Assembly (NCBI GenBank): GCA_040263855.1
Contig: JBDQJL010000003.1
Location: 34,780-98,779, forward strand
Source: Luminiphilus sp.
Lineage (GTDB): Bacteria; Pseudomonadota; Gammaproteobacteria; Pseudomonadales; Halieaceae
DNA length: 64,000 nt
Direction: 5' to 3'
Below the pieces are notes generated by a model. It ran no database searches and was not told where the DNA came from. It worked only from the letters and a program-made list of their open reading frames with translations. Position numbers and translations under genes: made by a program. Shown here piece by piece: positions 30,292-40,933 of the stretch (the stretch's first letter is position 1; each line of letters starts with the position of its first letter).

Positions 30292-31275
30292 ATGAAAGCG
30301 ATCTCGTTCGCGGAGTTTGGTCCGGCAAAGCAGGTGCTTAAGACCAGTGAATGGCGCACGCCTGAGCCGGGTCCAGGCGAGGTCTTGGTCAAACTGTCTA
30401 CGACCGGAGTGAACCCATCTGATGTCAAAAAGCGCGCCGGCGGCTTCCCAAACTTGCTCGATGATGGGCCGGTTATCCCTCACAGCGACGGCGCGGGTGT
30501 CATTGAGGCAGTCGGGAGTGGCGTCGCAACTTCGCGGATCGGAGAGCGTGTCTTTGTCTATCAAGCACAGTACGCGCGCTTACACGGTACGGCCGCAGAA
30601 TATGTGGCCATCGATACCTTACGCGCACCAATACTGCCCGACAATGTCTCCTTCGAGATCGGTGCCTGTGTCGGCATTCCTATACTGACAGCGCACCGTT
30701 GCGTCTTCGCTGACGGCGACGTTGCTGGCCTGTGGGTGCTGGTGACCGGAGGCGCCGGTCGTGTCGGTTACTATGCGATTCAATGGGCGCACCGTGCCGG
30801 GGCGCGGGTTATCGCGACTGCCAGCAATGACGCTGATGCGCTGGCCTGCCGTGAGGCGGGGGCAGAGCAGGTTGTCAATCATCGCGAGCCGGGCTGGGGA
30901 CGGCAGGTGTTAGCTCACTCAGAGGGTGTGCAAATAGATCGCGTGATCGACGTGGAGTTCGGCGCTAATTTGCCGGAGCTGCTGGACTGTCTCCGCACCG
31001 GCGCGACGATCGCAACGTATTCCAGTACTGTGGTGCCGGAACCCAGCTTGCCGTTTCGCACGATGATGTTTATGGATCTTACCGTGCGCATGGTGATTGT
31101 TTATGCCATGCCTGAGTCGGCGAAAGCGCAGGCTGTTGCCGACACACAGACGCGGTTGGCGGAGGAGGGGCTGCGGCATCGTATTGCCCAGATACTCCCC
31201 TTTGCAGAAATGGCTCGGGCGCATGAAATAATCGAAGAGGGGAGTGTACGTGGATGCGTTGTCGTAACACTATGA
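30292..31275 (+). CDS. NADPH:quinone reductase (zeta-crystallin/MDR family)
   Basis: GVNPSDVKKR, PHSDGAG, VTGGAGRVG. Confidence 0.9.
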   Translation: MKAISFAEFGPAKQVLKTSEWRTPEPGPGEVLVKLSTTGVNPSDVKKRAGGFPNLLDDGPVIPHSDGAGVIEAVGSGVATSRIGERVFVYQAQYARLHGTAAEYVAIDTLRAPILPDNVSFEIGACVGIPILTAHRCVFADGDVAGLWVLVTGGAGRVGYYAIQWAHRAGARVIATASNDADALACREAGAEQVVNHREPGWGRQVLAHSEGVQIDRVIDVEFGANLPELLDCLRTGATIATYSSTVVPEPSLPFRTMMFMDLTVRMVIVYAMPESAKAQAVADTQTRLAEEGLRHRIAQILPFAEMARAHEIIEEGSVRGCVVVTL

Positions 31276-33371
31276 AGAGGTCGGTCCTGACTGCACTGAT
31301 AACCCTGGTGTGCTTGGCCACCAGTGTCGTGGGCAGTGCAGAAACGGTGAAAGATTGGTTATCCATTCGCCACGATGGATTGTTTCATGCCGCTGAACTA
31401 GACGACTGCGCCTTGGAAAATGGCGCGATCATTCATGATTGTCAGCTTACCTTCCGCACTTACGGGCGCCTCGCTAATGATTTCAGCAACATTGTGTTGA
31501 TGCCTACCTGGCTTAACGGCAGCGCGGAAGGTCTGGCGGCCTCCAATTATTTGGGGCCCAACGGTATTGTCGACACTGACGATTATTTTGTGATCGCGGT
31601 CAACGCGCTCGGTAATGGCGTGTCGTCATCGCCCTCCAACAGCACGCAAACGCCTTTCCCTGACTTCACTATTCGCGACCAGGTTAGCCTGCAATATCGG
31701 TTATTGACCGAATTTCTTGATATTGAGCATCTCCATGCAGTGGTTGGGGCGTCGATGGGGGCGTATCAGACCTATGAATGGCTCATGATGTACCCGCAGT
31801 TTGCGACCTATTTTGTGCCAATAGAGGGCACACCTTGGTATACCTTTTATGATCGTCTCAAGGCCCGTGCTTGGCATGAGGCATTGATGCTGCCGCATGA
31901 TTCGCCTGAGGCGATACGCCGAAAGGCAACGCTCTTGGCAACCATTGATGGCATGATTTTTTGGACCCCCGAATATCTTAACCGCGAGCAATCGCTGGAG
32001 CACTTTGACGCCTGGCTTGAGAGGATGGCGCGTTTTGATAATGAGGCGGCGCTTCTGGATCGTGCGAGTCAAAATGGCTCAACCGCAGAACATGATATTC
32101 GTCGCGGTCGCCCAGATTTTGCAATCCAGTTAAAAGCGCTGCCTCGCTCCAAGGTGCTTGCCATCGTGTTTGAGCGCGATATGACTGTGAACCCTGAGCC
32201 CAATCGCATACTCGCTCAAGAGTATGGATTTGAGGTGGTAGAGATTCCCGGTGACTGTGGCCACTTTGGCCCCAACCCTGAGTGCTACCAGGAACAGGTG
32301 ATTGAGCGCGTCGCCGATTTTCTTGGTGGCCCAGCAGCGCCAGTGCTGCAGCGCAGAACGATGCAGGTTGGCGGCAAGGCGAGACACTTCTATGTTTACC
32401 TGCCGGAGGCCTACGGAAGTCGCCCTTTGCCCGTTGTCATCGCGCTGCACGGCTATGGCTCCACCGCAACGGGATTCGCATTGGCTCATGGGTTGAATGA
32501 CCATGCGAATGCAAACGACTACATTATTGCGTATCCGCAGGGCGCGGGATTTTACACTGAGACAGTCTGGTCGGAGGATGAAACGCTTGTAAGCTCCTGG
32601 AACGACTTGGCGAGCAATAACACGCTAGCAGCCATACCTCACTGCTTGGCAGACCGACTTGAGTATCCCTGCTACCCCGGCTGCGGTGAATGTAAGGCCT
32701 GTGATTGGACTTCTTGTGAAGACGATGTCCATTTCTTGTTGGACATGATTGACAACCTGCAGCTGACGCTGATGACCGACCTCGATCGCGTTTATTTGCT
32801 GGGCAACAGCAATGGTGGAAGCATGGTACAGCGGCTCGGCTGCGATTATCCCGATCGATTTGCAGCCGTGGCAATTATGATCTACCAGATGCCACCCGGG
32901 CATACCTGCGGGCCGCGTAAAGCCCTTCCGATGATTCATTATTACGGTGACCTGGACACTGGGGTCCCCGCCGATGGTGAGCCGTCACCCTACGGGTGGA
33001 TTTATACTGCCGCAGCCGAAAATACCCGTATATGGGCGGAGGCAATGGGATGCGAGACGTCAGTGGTGTCATGGCATACGCCGCTAACAAAAGCGCAGGG
33101 TCTTCGCTGTGAGGCGCATACTCATTGTGCACAGGAGAAGGCCGAAGTCGTTAGTTGTGGCGACCCTGCCGCGGGCCATGAGTGGCAGGCTCAACGTATT
33201 CCGGCTATTCCTGCCGACTGTATTGCGCCAGCCCAGCAGCGGGATTTACCCCGACAAATTCCCTGTCCCCAAGTATCGTCGTCCTCAGAGCGCTGGGGTA
33301 TGGAGATGGTATGGCAATTTTTTAGTCGATATAGTCGTGGCGTTCCCACCGCAATAAACAGCCGAACATAA
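31272..33371 (+). CDS. Exported two-domain alpha/beta-hydrolase: MetX-like domain fused to a PHB-depolymerase/LpqC-like esterase domain
   Basis: Signal peptide; YGRL, LGNGVSSSPSN, TIRDQV, GASMG, CGH; then VIALHGYG, AYPQG, DDVHF, GNSNGG, GHEW; ATGA overlap with the upstream gene. Confidence 0.8.
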   Translation: MKRSVLTALITLVCLATSVVGSAETVKDWLSIRHDGLFHAAELDDCALENGAIIHDCQLTFRTYGRLANDFSNIVLMPTWLNGSAEGLAASNYLGPNGIVDTDDYFVIAVNALGNGVSSSPSNSTQTPFPDFTIRDQVSLQYRLLTEFLDIEHLHAVVGASMGAYQTYEWLMMYPQFATYFVPIEGTPWYTFYDRLKARAWHEALMLPHDSPEAIRRKATLLATIDGMIFWTPEYLNREQSLEHFDAWLERMARFDNEAALLDRASQNGSTAEHDIRRGRPDFAIQLKALPRSKVLAIVFERDMTVNPEPNRILAQEYGFEVVEIPGDCGHFGPNPECYQEQVIERVADFLGGPAAPVLQRRTMQVGGKARHFYVYLPEAYGSRPLPVVIALHGYGSTATGFALAHGLNDHANANDYIIAYPQGAGFYTETVWSEDETLVSSWNDLASNNTLAAIPHCLADRLEYPCYPGCGECKACDWTSCEDDVHFLLDMIDNLQLTLMTDLDRVYLLGNSNGGSMVQRLGCDYPDRFAAVAIMIYQMPPGHTCGPRKALPMIHYYGDLDTGVPADGEPSPYGWIYTAAAENTRIWAEAMGCETSVVSWHTPLTKAQGLRCEAHTHCAQEKAEVVSCGDPAAGHEWQAQRIPAIPADCIAPAQQRDLPRQIPCPQVSSSSERWGMEMVWQFFSRYSRGVPTAINSRT

Positions 33372-33479
33372 TCGCTATGCGAATAGTAGTTGATGTGGAC
33401 AGCACAGGTCGCTCTTTGTGTTGCATTCAGCCGCTGATCCAAGGCAGCTAATAGAGCAGGCGTTGGTAACGTTTTTTTT

Positions 33480-33755
33480 TTGGAAAGCGAAATAAAGGCC
33501 CGAGCAAAAAATGCGCCTGTCGATCTAGATGGCTACCTGATTAACAAGTTTGTGCGGGCTTGGGGGCATGAGTTTATTTACGATGCAAAAACACTCAAAT
33601 ATATCTTCAACGATTTAGGGTTTACTGAGGTTGTTCGAAGGGACGTGATGGAAAGTGAACACGCCGCACGGCAAAATATCGAGAACATTGACCGCAAGCC
33701 TCCGGGGCACATTGCTTTGGAAACTGTCGTTATTGAAGGTAGGCGCCCCATTTAA
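33480..33755 (+). pseudogene. C-terminal fragment of a probable SAM-dependent methyltransferase
   Basis: INKFVRAWGHEFIYDAKTL...GF...ES...ETVVIEG resembles methyltransferase C-termini; no SAM-binding N-terminus; begins in a T10 run; AT-richer than the flanks. Confidence 0.5.
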
Positions 33756-33784
33756 AATAGGCAGTCACAGTGATCGGCTGCGTG

Positions 33785-35203
33785 TTAGTTGTTTGGGTCG
33801 CCTGCCAGTTCATCGATCATGGCTCTCCAAAAGCGCAGAGAATCTGTAACCGCCGCCTTAGGTATGCGTTCGTTGAGGCCGTGTGCAAAGCTGTCCTTGG
33901 GATTAATAAAAATACCGGTAAGGCTATAGCTAGGGATACCAGCTGCACGAAAATAAGCGCCATCGGTTGTACCTGACCCCATTTTTGGCACGATCGGCAA
34001 ACCAGGGTGAATGGGTTCGAGTGCCGCTGCGATCGCGTTCATGATCTCGGAGTTAAAGCCGGAGGCTGGGCTGGACACGGGAACGCCGATGACATTCCAT
34101 TGCAGGCTCGGATTATCTGCGATCAGTTTGAGTTCACGAAGGATATCATTGGGCGTATGGCCCGGAAAAATGCGGCAATTGACGGTTGCAGTGACTGCCC
34201 GTGGCAGCGCATTTTCGGCGTGACCTCCTGATAGCATGGTGGGAATGCAGGTGGTGCCGAGTGTGCCGATGTACTCTGGCTGTGCTCTCAGCACATCGAT
34301 GGCGCCGACATCATTGGGATCCCTCACCAGGCGCGCCATAGCATCTCCAACCTCATTTTTGAGTAAGGGCGCCGTGCGCTCAAAATAAGTGAGCGTAATT
34401 TCATTGGCTTCAAAGGGAAACTGATGAGCTTCCAGTCGCTGAATGGCCCGAGCTAAATCATAGATAGCATTGTCTGCGCGGGGCATAGAGCTGTGCCCGC
34501 CCAGATTTTTGGCGGTCATAGAGAATGTCGCATAAGTCTTTTCGGCAAAGCCAACTTGAAACTGAATAGGCTCACCGGCGTCGTTCAGGACACCGCCACC
34601 CCCGTCTACAACCAGCGCATACTCAGCATTGATGAGGTCACGATAGTCACTGGTCAGTTGTTGTACCGTTTCTTGAAAAGACTCTTCATCTCCCGTAAAC
34701 GCAATGATTAAGTCCCGATGGGGGACAAACCCCGATTCCTTGAGCCAAACAAAGAGGGTTGTCAGGATGGAGACGTCGAACTTGTTATCCAGCACCCCCC
34801 GCCCGTAGAAAAAGGTATCGTCCTCCTGTAACTCAAAGGGGTGGCGCAACCAGTCGTCGCTGTTAGCGGGCACCACGTCCATATGTGAAGACAGCAAAAT
34901 CGGTTGGCGACCACTGCTGCCATCCCCCTCGTAGCGGACGATCAGAGAGGCCGTTTCGCCATAAGGAATCACGTGGAGCGATTCGGGTCGAAAGCCGGCG
35001 GCCAAAAAAATGTTGCTCAGTGACTCGGCATAAGCGGGCACATTACCCTGGCCTTGCACGGTTTCGCGGGCGATGGCATCCCGCAGCAGCGCGATGGTTT
35101 TGTCTGCATAACGAGCCACGACATCCGGTTCGGCAACGACGAGTTGCCCCCAAAACAGCGCGACCAGTAAGGTGGCCACTGCGCTGTTAGCGCGGCCATT
35201 CAT
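33785..35203 (-). CDS. M20/M25/M40 family metallo-peptidase, exported
   Basis: SSHMDVVPA, YGRGVLDNK, TGDEE, GGHSSMP, GTTDG, AHGLNERI; signal peptide. Confidence 0.92.
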   Translation of the reverse strand: MNGRANSAVATLLVALFWGQLVVAEPDVVARYADKTIALLRDAIARETVQGQGNVPAYAESLSNIFLAAGFRPESLHVIPYGETASLIVRYEGDGSSGRQPILLSSHMDVVPANSDDWLRHPFELQEDDTFFYGRGVLDNKFDVSILTTLFVWLKESGFVPHRDLIIAFTGDEESFQETVQQLTSDYRDLINAEYALVVDGGGGVLNDAGEPIQFQVGFAEKTYATFSMTAKNLGGHSSMPRADNAIYDLARAIQRLEAHQFPFEANEITLTYFERTAPLLKNEVGDAMARLVRDPNDVGAIDVLRAQPEYIGTLGTTCIPTMLSGGHAENALPRAVTATVNCRIFPGHTPNDILRELKLIADNPSLQWNVIGVPVSSPASGFNSEIMNAIAAALEPIHPGLPIVPKMGSGTTDGAYFRAAGIPSYSLTGIFINPKDSFAHGLNERIPKAAVTDSLRFWRAMIDELAGDPNN

Positions 35204-35523
35204 GTGGATTTCTCTGTCAGCGTGTGGATCGGCATTGGACGAACACTCAGTGTGGTGGATTGGGCACCTGTGGACTGGTTTTAACCCACGTGGCGACACG
35301 ACCTGTGTAGCATTTTTTTTGCAATATAGCACTGTCTGACGGTTGGCCCATTTATCTCAAGATCATGGCCATTGAGGCCGATAGATTCCCCATGCGGTTT
35401 TGCTTTCGTCATTTACAAAGTTCCGGTACCTTTCACCGATGAATCGGGCGGGCAATGACCGTCAGGTCTGGTTTTCGGTAGTCAACATGACCACAGAATG
35501 TTGGAGTGAAGGGGGTGGACGCT

Positions 35524-36735
35524 ATGCGTGAACACAACGTTGCTGCCGCACCACCGGCGCCGGATTTTTATCATTATCTCCCCGCACCTATTAAACTAGC
35601 AGACTGGTCCGGCGACACTGTTGTGCTGCATTGGCACGATGGCAAGCGCTTGAGTTGTCATCGCTTCTGGCTGCGGGAAAATACGTTTGGTTATGGCGGC
35701 ATTGATCCGGCGACCCGCGAAGGCTTGATGGATCCAGCGGAGCTGTCTGATGCCATGCAAATGACGTCTGTTTCAGTGACTCCTGCCGGGGACTTATGTA
35801 TTGTCTGGCAGCCAGATGAGCAGGAGACGCTGTACCACTCGGGTTGGCTGAGGCACATCGTTGAGGGTCAGCACCACCCGCACAGTTGGCTCCCCAAACC
35901 CGAAATTTGGACTGCTGCCTCGTTACCTCATCCCCCTCGCCGCGCCGCCACGCCGATATTGCACGATGACAGTGCACTAGCAGACATGCTCAACGATCTA
36001 CTTTGCTATGGTGTTTGTGTGGTGGAGCAAGCGCCGACTGAGCCGGGTTTTCTCAATCAACTCGCTGGCCGTATCGGCCCCGTTCGTGACAGCAACTTTG
36101 GCGCTTTGTGGGACGTAAAAGCCGATATCGAGCTCGCCGGGGACGCCAAAACCAATACCACTGCGAACACCGGTTTTCGGCTCGGCCCACATACCGACCT
36201 GCCCACTCGAGAGGTGCCGCCGGGGTTTCAGTTTTTACATTGCCTTATTAACGAGGCAGATGGCGGCGAGTCGACGCTGACCGATGGCGCGGCACTCGTG
36301 CAGGCGCTGAAAGCGAGTCAGCCTGACGACTACGAGATGCTCAGCACGCGTCGCTGGATATTTTTTAATCGTGGACCGGGTATCGATCATCGATTCTCCG
36401 CACCTATTATCGATACGCTGGGCGGTGACGAGATGCCAACGATACGCGCTTTTTACCCGGTTAGGGCATTTCCAGATATGCCTGATAAAGAGGTGGCCGG
36501 CGCCTATGCGGCGCTCAGACGCTTTCACCAATTAGCCGACGACGCACGATTTGAATTGACCTTTCGACTGCGTCCCGGCGATATCATGTGCTTCGACAAC
36601 CGCCGAATCATGCACGGCCGCAAGGCATTTTCTGGATCGGGGAAACGTCACTTACAAGGCATCTATATTGATCGCGACGAGATTCAGTCAACCGCTCGCG
36701 TTGTGAATCGTGGGCGAGCGGCGGCTTGTGATTAA
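35524..36735 (+). CDS. Gamma-butyrobetaine/trimethyllysine dioxygenase-like (TauD/TfdA, Fe(II)/2OG)
   Basis: N-terminal WLREN...DP.TRE domain; PHTDLP, PGFQFLHCL, FDNRRIMHGR; adjacent to carnitine genes. Confidence 0.85.
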   Translation: MREHNVAAAPPAPDFYHYLPAPIKLADWSGDTVVLHWHDGKRLSCHRFWLRENTFGYGGIDPATREGLMDPAELSDAMQMTSVSVTPAGDLCIVWQPDEQETLYHSGWLRHIVEGQHHPHSWLPKPEIWTAASLPHPPRRAATPILHDDSALADMLNDLLCYGVCVVEQAPTEPGFLNQLAGRIGPVRDSNFGALWDVKADIELAGDAKTNTTANTGFRLGPHTDLPTREVPPGFQFLHCLINEADGGESTLTDGAALVQALKASQPDDYEMLSTRRWIFFNRGPGIDHRFSAPIIDTLGGDEMPTIRAFYPVRAFPDMPDKEVAGAYAALRRFHQLADDARFELTFRLRPGDIMCFDNRRIMHGRKAFSGSGKRHLQGIYIDRDEIQSTARVVNRGRAAACD

Positions 36736-36852
36736 ACAAGTGCGTTCGCTGCGCACTGATACTGCCGCTATTGGGTTGCGCATCGTGTGCGGATCTCAGA
36801 TATCGAACAGCCCAACCATCAAGTCATTGAATACTGCGAGAGGGAACATCCG

Positions 36853-37764
36853 ATGCCATTGGCAATGAGAAAGAAGGTCTTTATTACGGCGGCCGTCACC
36901 GGATCCGGTAGCACTCAAGAGCGCAGCGATAAAGTACCTCGTAGCCCCGAGCAGATTGCACAATCGGCCATTGAGGCTGCTAAAGCCGGTGCCGCAGTAG
37001 TCCATTGTCATGTGCGAGATCCCGAGACCGGTGCACCCGATAGGGCTGTTCATCTTTATAGAGAGGTAGTCGAGCGCATTCGCGAGTCGGCGACGGATGT
37101 GGTGATTAATCTGACAGCGGGAATGGGGGGCGATATTGTTTTTGGCCCCACTGATGCGCCGCTCCCCTTGAGTGAGCACGGCACCGATATGATTTCGGCG
37201 GCGGATCGCGTGGCGCACCTTGAGGCCTGCTTGCCTGAAATTGCTACGCTGGATTGCGGCACGATGAACTTTGCTGAAGCGGACTATGTCATGACCAATA
37301 CACCGGGCATGTTGCGCGATATGTCAAAGCGGATGGCTGATCTCGGCATTCGTATCGAAATTGAAGCGTTTGATACCGGACACCTCTGGTTGGCTGAGCA
37401 GCTGGTGAGTGAGGGTTTGATTCCCGCACCCGTGATGGTGCAACTTTGTATGGGGATTCCTTGGGGCGCTCCAAATGATCTGAATACGTTTATGGCGATG
37501 ATCAACAATGTTCCCAGTGACTGGATCGCTTCAGCTTTTTCCATTGGCCGGCATCAAATGCCCTACGTTGCGGCGGCTGTTTTAGCCGGCGCTAATGTGC
37601 GAGTGGGCTTGGAAGACAACCTGTGGCTCGGTAAAGGGCATCTGGCCACCAACGCGGAACTGGTCGCGCGAGCAGCATCGATCATCGATGCGATGGGAGT
37701 CGAGATTATGACGCCGGAAGAAGTCCGCGCAGAGCTCAGTCTCACCAAGCGGGATCTTCCTTAA
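36853..37764 (+). CDS. cdhC: Beta-keto acid cleavage enzyme (BKACE), 3-dehydrocarnitine cleavage
   Basis: FITAAVTGSG, VVHCHVRDP, LDCGTMNF, VRVGLEDN; directly upstream of carnitine dehydrogenase. Confidence 0.85.
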   Translation: MPLAMRKKVFITAAVTGSGSTQERSDKVPRSPEQIAQSAIEAAKAGAAVVHCHVRDPETGAPDRAVHLYREVVERIRESATDVVINLTAGMGGDIVFGPTDAPLPLSEHGTDMISAADRVAHLEACLPEIATLDCGTMNFAEADYVMTNTPGMLRDMSKRMADLGIRIEIEAFDTGHLWLAEQLVSEGLIPAPVMVQLCMGIPWGAPNDLNTFMAMINNVPSDWIASAFSIGRHQMPYVAAAVLAGANVRVGLEDNLWLGKGHLATNAELVARAASIIDAMGVEIMTPEEVRAELSLTKRDLP

Positions 37765-38732
37765 TGCCGGTTGCGGCCATCATCGGCGGTGGTGTGATTG
37801 GGTCAGCATGGGCTGCCCGATTTTTGCTGCATGGCTGGCAGGTCAATTTTTATGACCCTGCGCCGGGCGCCGACACGGTGCTTAACGCAGTATTAGAGAA
37901 GGCACGCCGGTGGGTTCCCGAGGTTTATGACCATCTGCCAGCGGAAGGTCAATTGCTGTTGTGCGCGCGACTCAGCGAAGCCGTTGCCGATGCGCATTGG
38001 ATACAGGAGTCCACGCCAGAGCGCATTGAGGTGAAACAATCAGTGCTGCGTGATATTCAGGCGGCCTGCACGACTGACGCCATCATCGCTTCCTCTACCT
38101 CCGGCTTTATGCCATCTGAGTTGCAGGCCGACGCCACACGCCCGGAACAGATAATAGTGGCACATCCCTATAACCCCGTTTACTTATTGCCTATTGTGGA
38201 ATGTGTGCCATCGGCATTGGTGCCTCAGGAAACGGTTCACAGCGCTGAGTTGATTTTGCGACAGATTGGTATGAAACCAATTACGTTGCAGGCAGAAATT
38301 CCTGCCCATGTGGGGGATCGTTTATTAGAAGCCGTGTGGCGAGAGGCCTTGTGGCTGGTTAAAGATGGTATTGCCACTACCGAGCAGATTGACGACATTA
38401 TGACCCACGGATTTGGACTGCGTTGGGCACAGAAGGGTCTATTTGAAACCTATCGGACGGCTGGCGGCAAAGCGGGTATGCGCCATTTTCTGGAACAGTT
38501 TGGGCCCTGCTTGCAGTGGCCTTGGACCAAGCTGACGGATGTCCCTGATCTTGATGATGAGCTGATTAATCGTATTGTTACTCAGTCTGATGAGCAGGCG
38601 GCGGGGCGCACGGTCAGTGAGTTAGAGGATGAACGGGACGCTAACTTGGTTGCTATGCTCAAGAGCCTTAGGGGTCAGGACAGTGCTGCAGGTGCTTTTC
38701 TGAATGACCTCAGTACGGCGCATCGATCATGA
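37764..38732 (+). CDS. lcdH: L-carnitine 3-dehydrogenase (no fused thioesterase)
   Basis: IGGGVIGSAWAARF, QESTPER, SSTSG, AHPYNPVYLLP, GDRLLEAVWREALWL, AGG.AGMRHF..QFGP.L.WPWTKL. Confidence 0.9.
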   Translation: MPVAAIIGGGVIGSAWAARFLLHGWQVNFYDPAPGADTVLNAVLEKARRWVPEVYDHLPAEGQLLLCARLSEAVADAHWIQESTPERIEVKQSVLRDIQAACTTDAIIASSTSGFMPSELQADATRPEQIIVAHPYNPVYLLPIVECVPSALVPQETVHSAELILRQIGMKPITLQAEIPAHVGDRLLEAVWREALWLVKDGIATTEQIDDIMTHGFGLRWAQKGLFETYRTAGGKAGMRHFLEQFGPCLQWPWTKLTDVPDLDDELINRIVTQSDEQAAGRTVSELEDERDANLVAMLKSLRGQDSAAGAFLNDLSTAHRS

Positions 38733-38750
38733 CGGCTTGCGCCTTAAGTT

Positions 38751-39524
38751 GTGGCTGACGCTCCCGAGGCGTATTGGCGCACAGAGCAGATCTGTGCTCA
38801 TCGAGGTGCCAGTGCGCAGTACCCAGAAAATACGCGTATCGCCTTTGACGCTGCAGCCCAATCCGGTGCCGGCTGGATAGAGACCGATGTGCAGTTACTG
38901 AGCGACGGTGAATTACTGATTTTTCATGACGAGATGTTGGGCAGGACGGCGGCGGGTTCGGCACCGATTGCGAGCCTCAGCTGGTCCGACGTGGGGTTGC
39001 TTGATATCGGTAGCTGGAAGCATCAACGCTTCTCCAGTGAGCGGCCGCTGAACTGCACGGCTTTGATTCAATGGCAACTGGGTGAGCAAGACCGACCTGG
39101 TATTATTTGGGAAGCAAAGTGTCCATCGGATGTCGTTGCCGCAACGGCGACCGCGGCGGCACTCGCCGAAAAAATCAGCGCCCATCCAGCGCATCGTTGC
39201 ATCGTATCGAGTTTTGATCGCACCTTTTTGAAGGCGATGAGAACGTTGCTGCCACAATTACCATTGGCACTCATTGCTGAGGTCCTACCCTCAGATGGGC
39301 TGTGGTTTTGTGAGCAATACGATATTGCGGGCGTGCACCTTGACGGACAACAGCTCGACCAGCGCACAGCGCAATCAGTGTTAGCGCGCGATCGACGGCT
39401 CCGGTGCTATACCATTAACTCGGTATCGCTGGCGAAAAAGCTGGTAACGATGGGTGTCGAGATGGTCATGACGGATGTGCCTGAGCGTTTTGCTATCACT
39501 GAGAAGTGCATCGAGACCATCTGA
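38751..39524 (+). CDS. Glycerophosphodiester phosphodiesterase (UgpQ-like)
   Basis: AHRGAS..PENT, IETDVQ, IFHD, SSFD, YTIN, MTDVP. Confidence 0.9.
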   Translation: MADAPEAYWRTEQICAHRGASAQYPENTRIAFDAAAQSGAGWIETDVQLLSDGELLIFHDEMLGRTAAGSAPIASLSWSDVGLLDIGSWKHQRFSSERPLNCTALIQWQLGEQDRPGIIWEAKCPSDVVAATATAAALAEKISAHPAHRCIVSSFDRTFLKAMRTLLPQLPLALIAEVLPSDGLWFCEQYDIAGVHLDGQQLDQRTAQSVLARDRRLRCYTINSVSLAKKLVTMGVEMVMTDVPERFAITEKCIETI

Positions 39525-39688
39525 ACCACTGAGGCACTGACGAACGGCTGCGACGCACGTCTGGATTCACCGAGATACCTTTTATCGACATCTACCCTTC
39601 TATCGAATAGCACTTGAGGCTTACTATGCCCGAGCACGTCGCCTCCATCTTGGCGGGGCGGCCTTGATTAACCTGAAGGAGAGAAGCG

Positions 39689-40933
39689 ATGAATCGAGAT
39701 CGGATAGCGGCATACGCTCAGGTCATGATTCTTGCGCTCGCGGCGTCGGTGATATACAGCGCGCCTTATCTGCGTCAGTTGTTTAAGACCTCATTGCTAG
39801 AAGCTTTCTCGTTAACTGAAGCGCAGCTGGGTAATTTGAGTAGTACTTACGCACTGGCGTGTGTCGTCTGCTACGTGCCAGGAGGCTGGCTGGCAGATCG
39901 CGTTGAGGCACGCAAGCTGGTCATCATTGCGCTTTTTGCGAGTGCGGGCAGCTACGCCTGGTTCGCCACTATTCCCAGTTATGAGGAATTGCTGGTGATC
40001 TATGCCGCTTGGGGGGTGATCGGTGTCGGCATTTTGTGGGCCGCGATGTTTAAGCAAGTGAGATTGCTCGGCAGCGGTGAGGAACAAGGTCGGCTGTTCG
40101 GTGCGCTAGAGGGGACGCGCGGGTTGTTTGAGGCGATTTTATTAACGGTGGGTACGTTTATCTTCGGATTGTTTGCGACGCGTCAGCTAGGAATGATCAA
40201 CGTCATTTTGCTGTATACCGTCAGCGCGGCCGTGTTGGGCGTGATTTTGATGCTCTGGAAGTCGTCACCCGGAGGGAGCGTCACGATAAAAACAGAAAGA
40301 ATCCGCTGGGCAGATTTGCTCATTATCGTTCGTCAGCCCAGTATTTGGCTGTTGTGTATTATTTTGTCAGCGCTCTATCACGTTTTTTGGGCCACCATTG
40401 AATTCCCCAGCTTTGCCGAGACCGGCGGGTTTGAGATGACGTTGGCCGCGGCAACCGCATTAGGCGCCGCCAAGCTATGGATGCGCTTTCCTGGCGGTAT
40501 TCTGGCGGGCATAGTGGGCGATCGCGTGGGCAATCCGCTACTCATGGTTTGGTTATTTCTGCTGTCCGTGTTGGCCTGCTTGTACTTGGCGCTTATGCCC
40601 GCAACGCCAGGCTGGGCGTGGACCTTGTGGGCCTTTATTTTCCCTTTCGCGCTGCTGGCTTATGGTTTGCGGGGTGTCTTTTGGGCGCTCTTATATAATT
40701 GCCCTGTGCCCACGCGTGTGTTGGGCACCGCCATCGGCGTCGTGTCGATCATTGGCTATAGCCCTGATGCGTATGTGCCGCAGGTGGCGGCTTGGTTACA
40801 TACTCATTACGACACCAGAACCGCTTACCAAGGGTTTTTCGCTTATGTTGCCGCCGTTGCAGTTATCGGGATGTTCGCCTCGTGGTTACTGTATCGACTG
40901 ACTCGACAACCGGGAGTGACCGAATCAACGTGA
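39689..40933 (+). CDS. MFS transporter
   Basis: [35 protein letters not shown]; SD AAGGAG. Confidence 0.9.
   Translation: MNRDRIAAYAQVMILALAASVIYSAPYLRQLFKTSLLEAFSLTEAQLGNLSSTYALACVVCYVPGGWLADRVEARKLVIIALFASAGSYAWFATIPSYEELLVIYAAWGVIGVGILWAAMFKQVRLLGSGEEQGRLFGALEGTRGLFEAILLTVGTFIFGLFATRQLGMINVILLYTVSAAVLGVILMLWKSSPGGSVTIKTERIRWADLLIIVRQPSIWLLCIILSALYHVFWATIEFPSFAETGGFEMTLAAATALGAAKLWMRFPGGILAGIVGDRVGNPLLMVWLFLLSVLACLYLALMPATPGWAWTLWAFIFPFALLAYGLRGVFWALLYNCPVPTRVLGTAIGVVSIIGYSPDAYVPQVAAWLHTHYDTRTAYQGFFAYVAAVAVIGMFASWLLYRLTRQPGVTEST

Noticed and set aside
40792-40929. N-terminal extension of betA in the ORF track
   Set aside because: Overlaps the MFS gene; the GMC fold begins at GTG 40930
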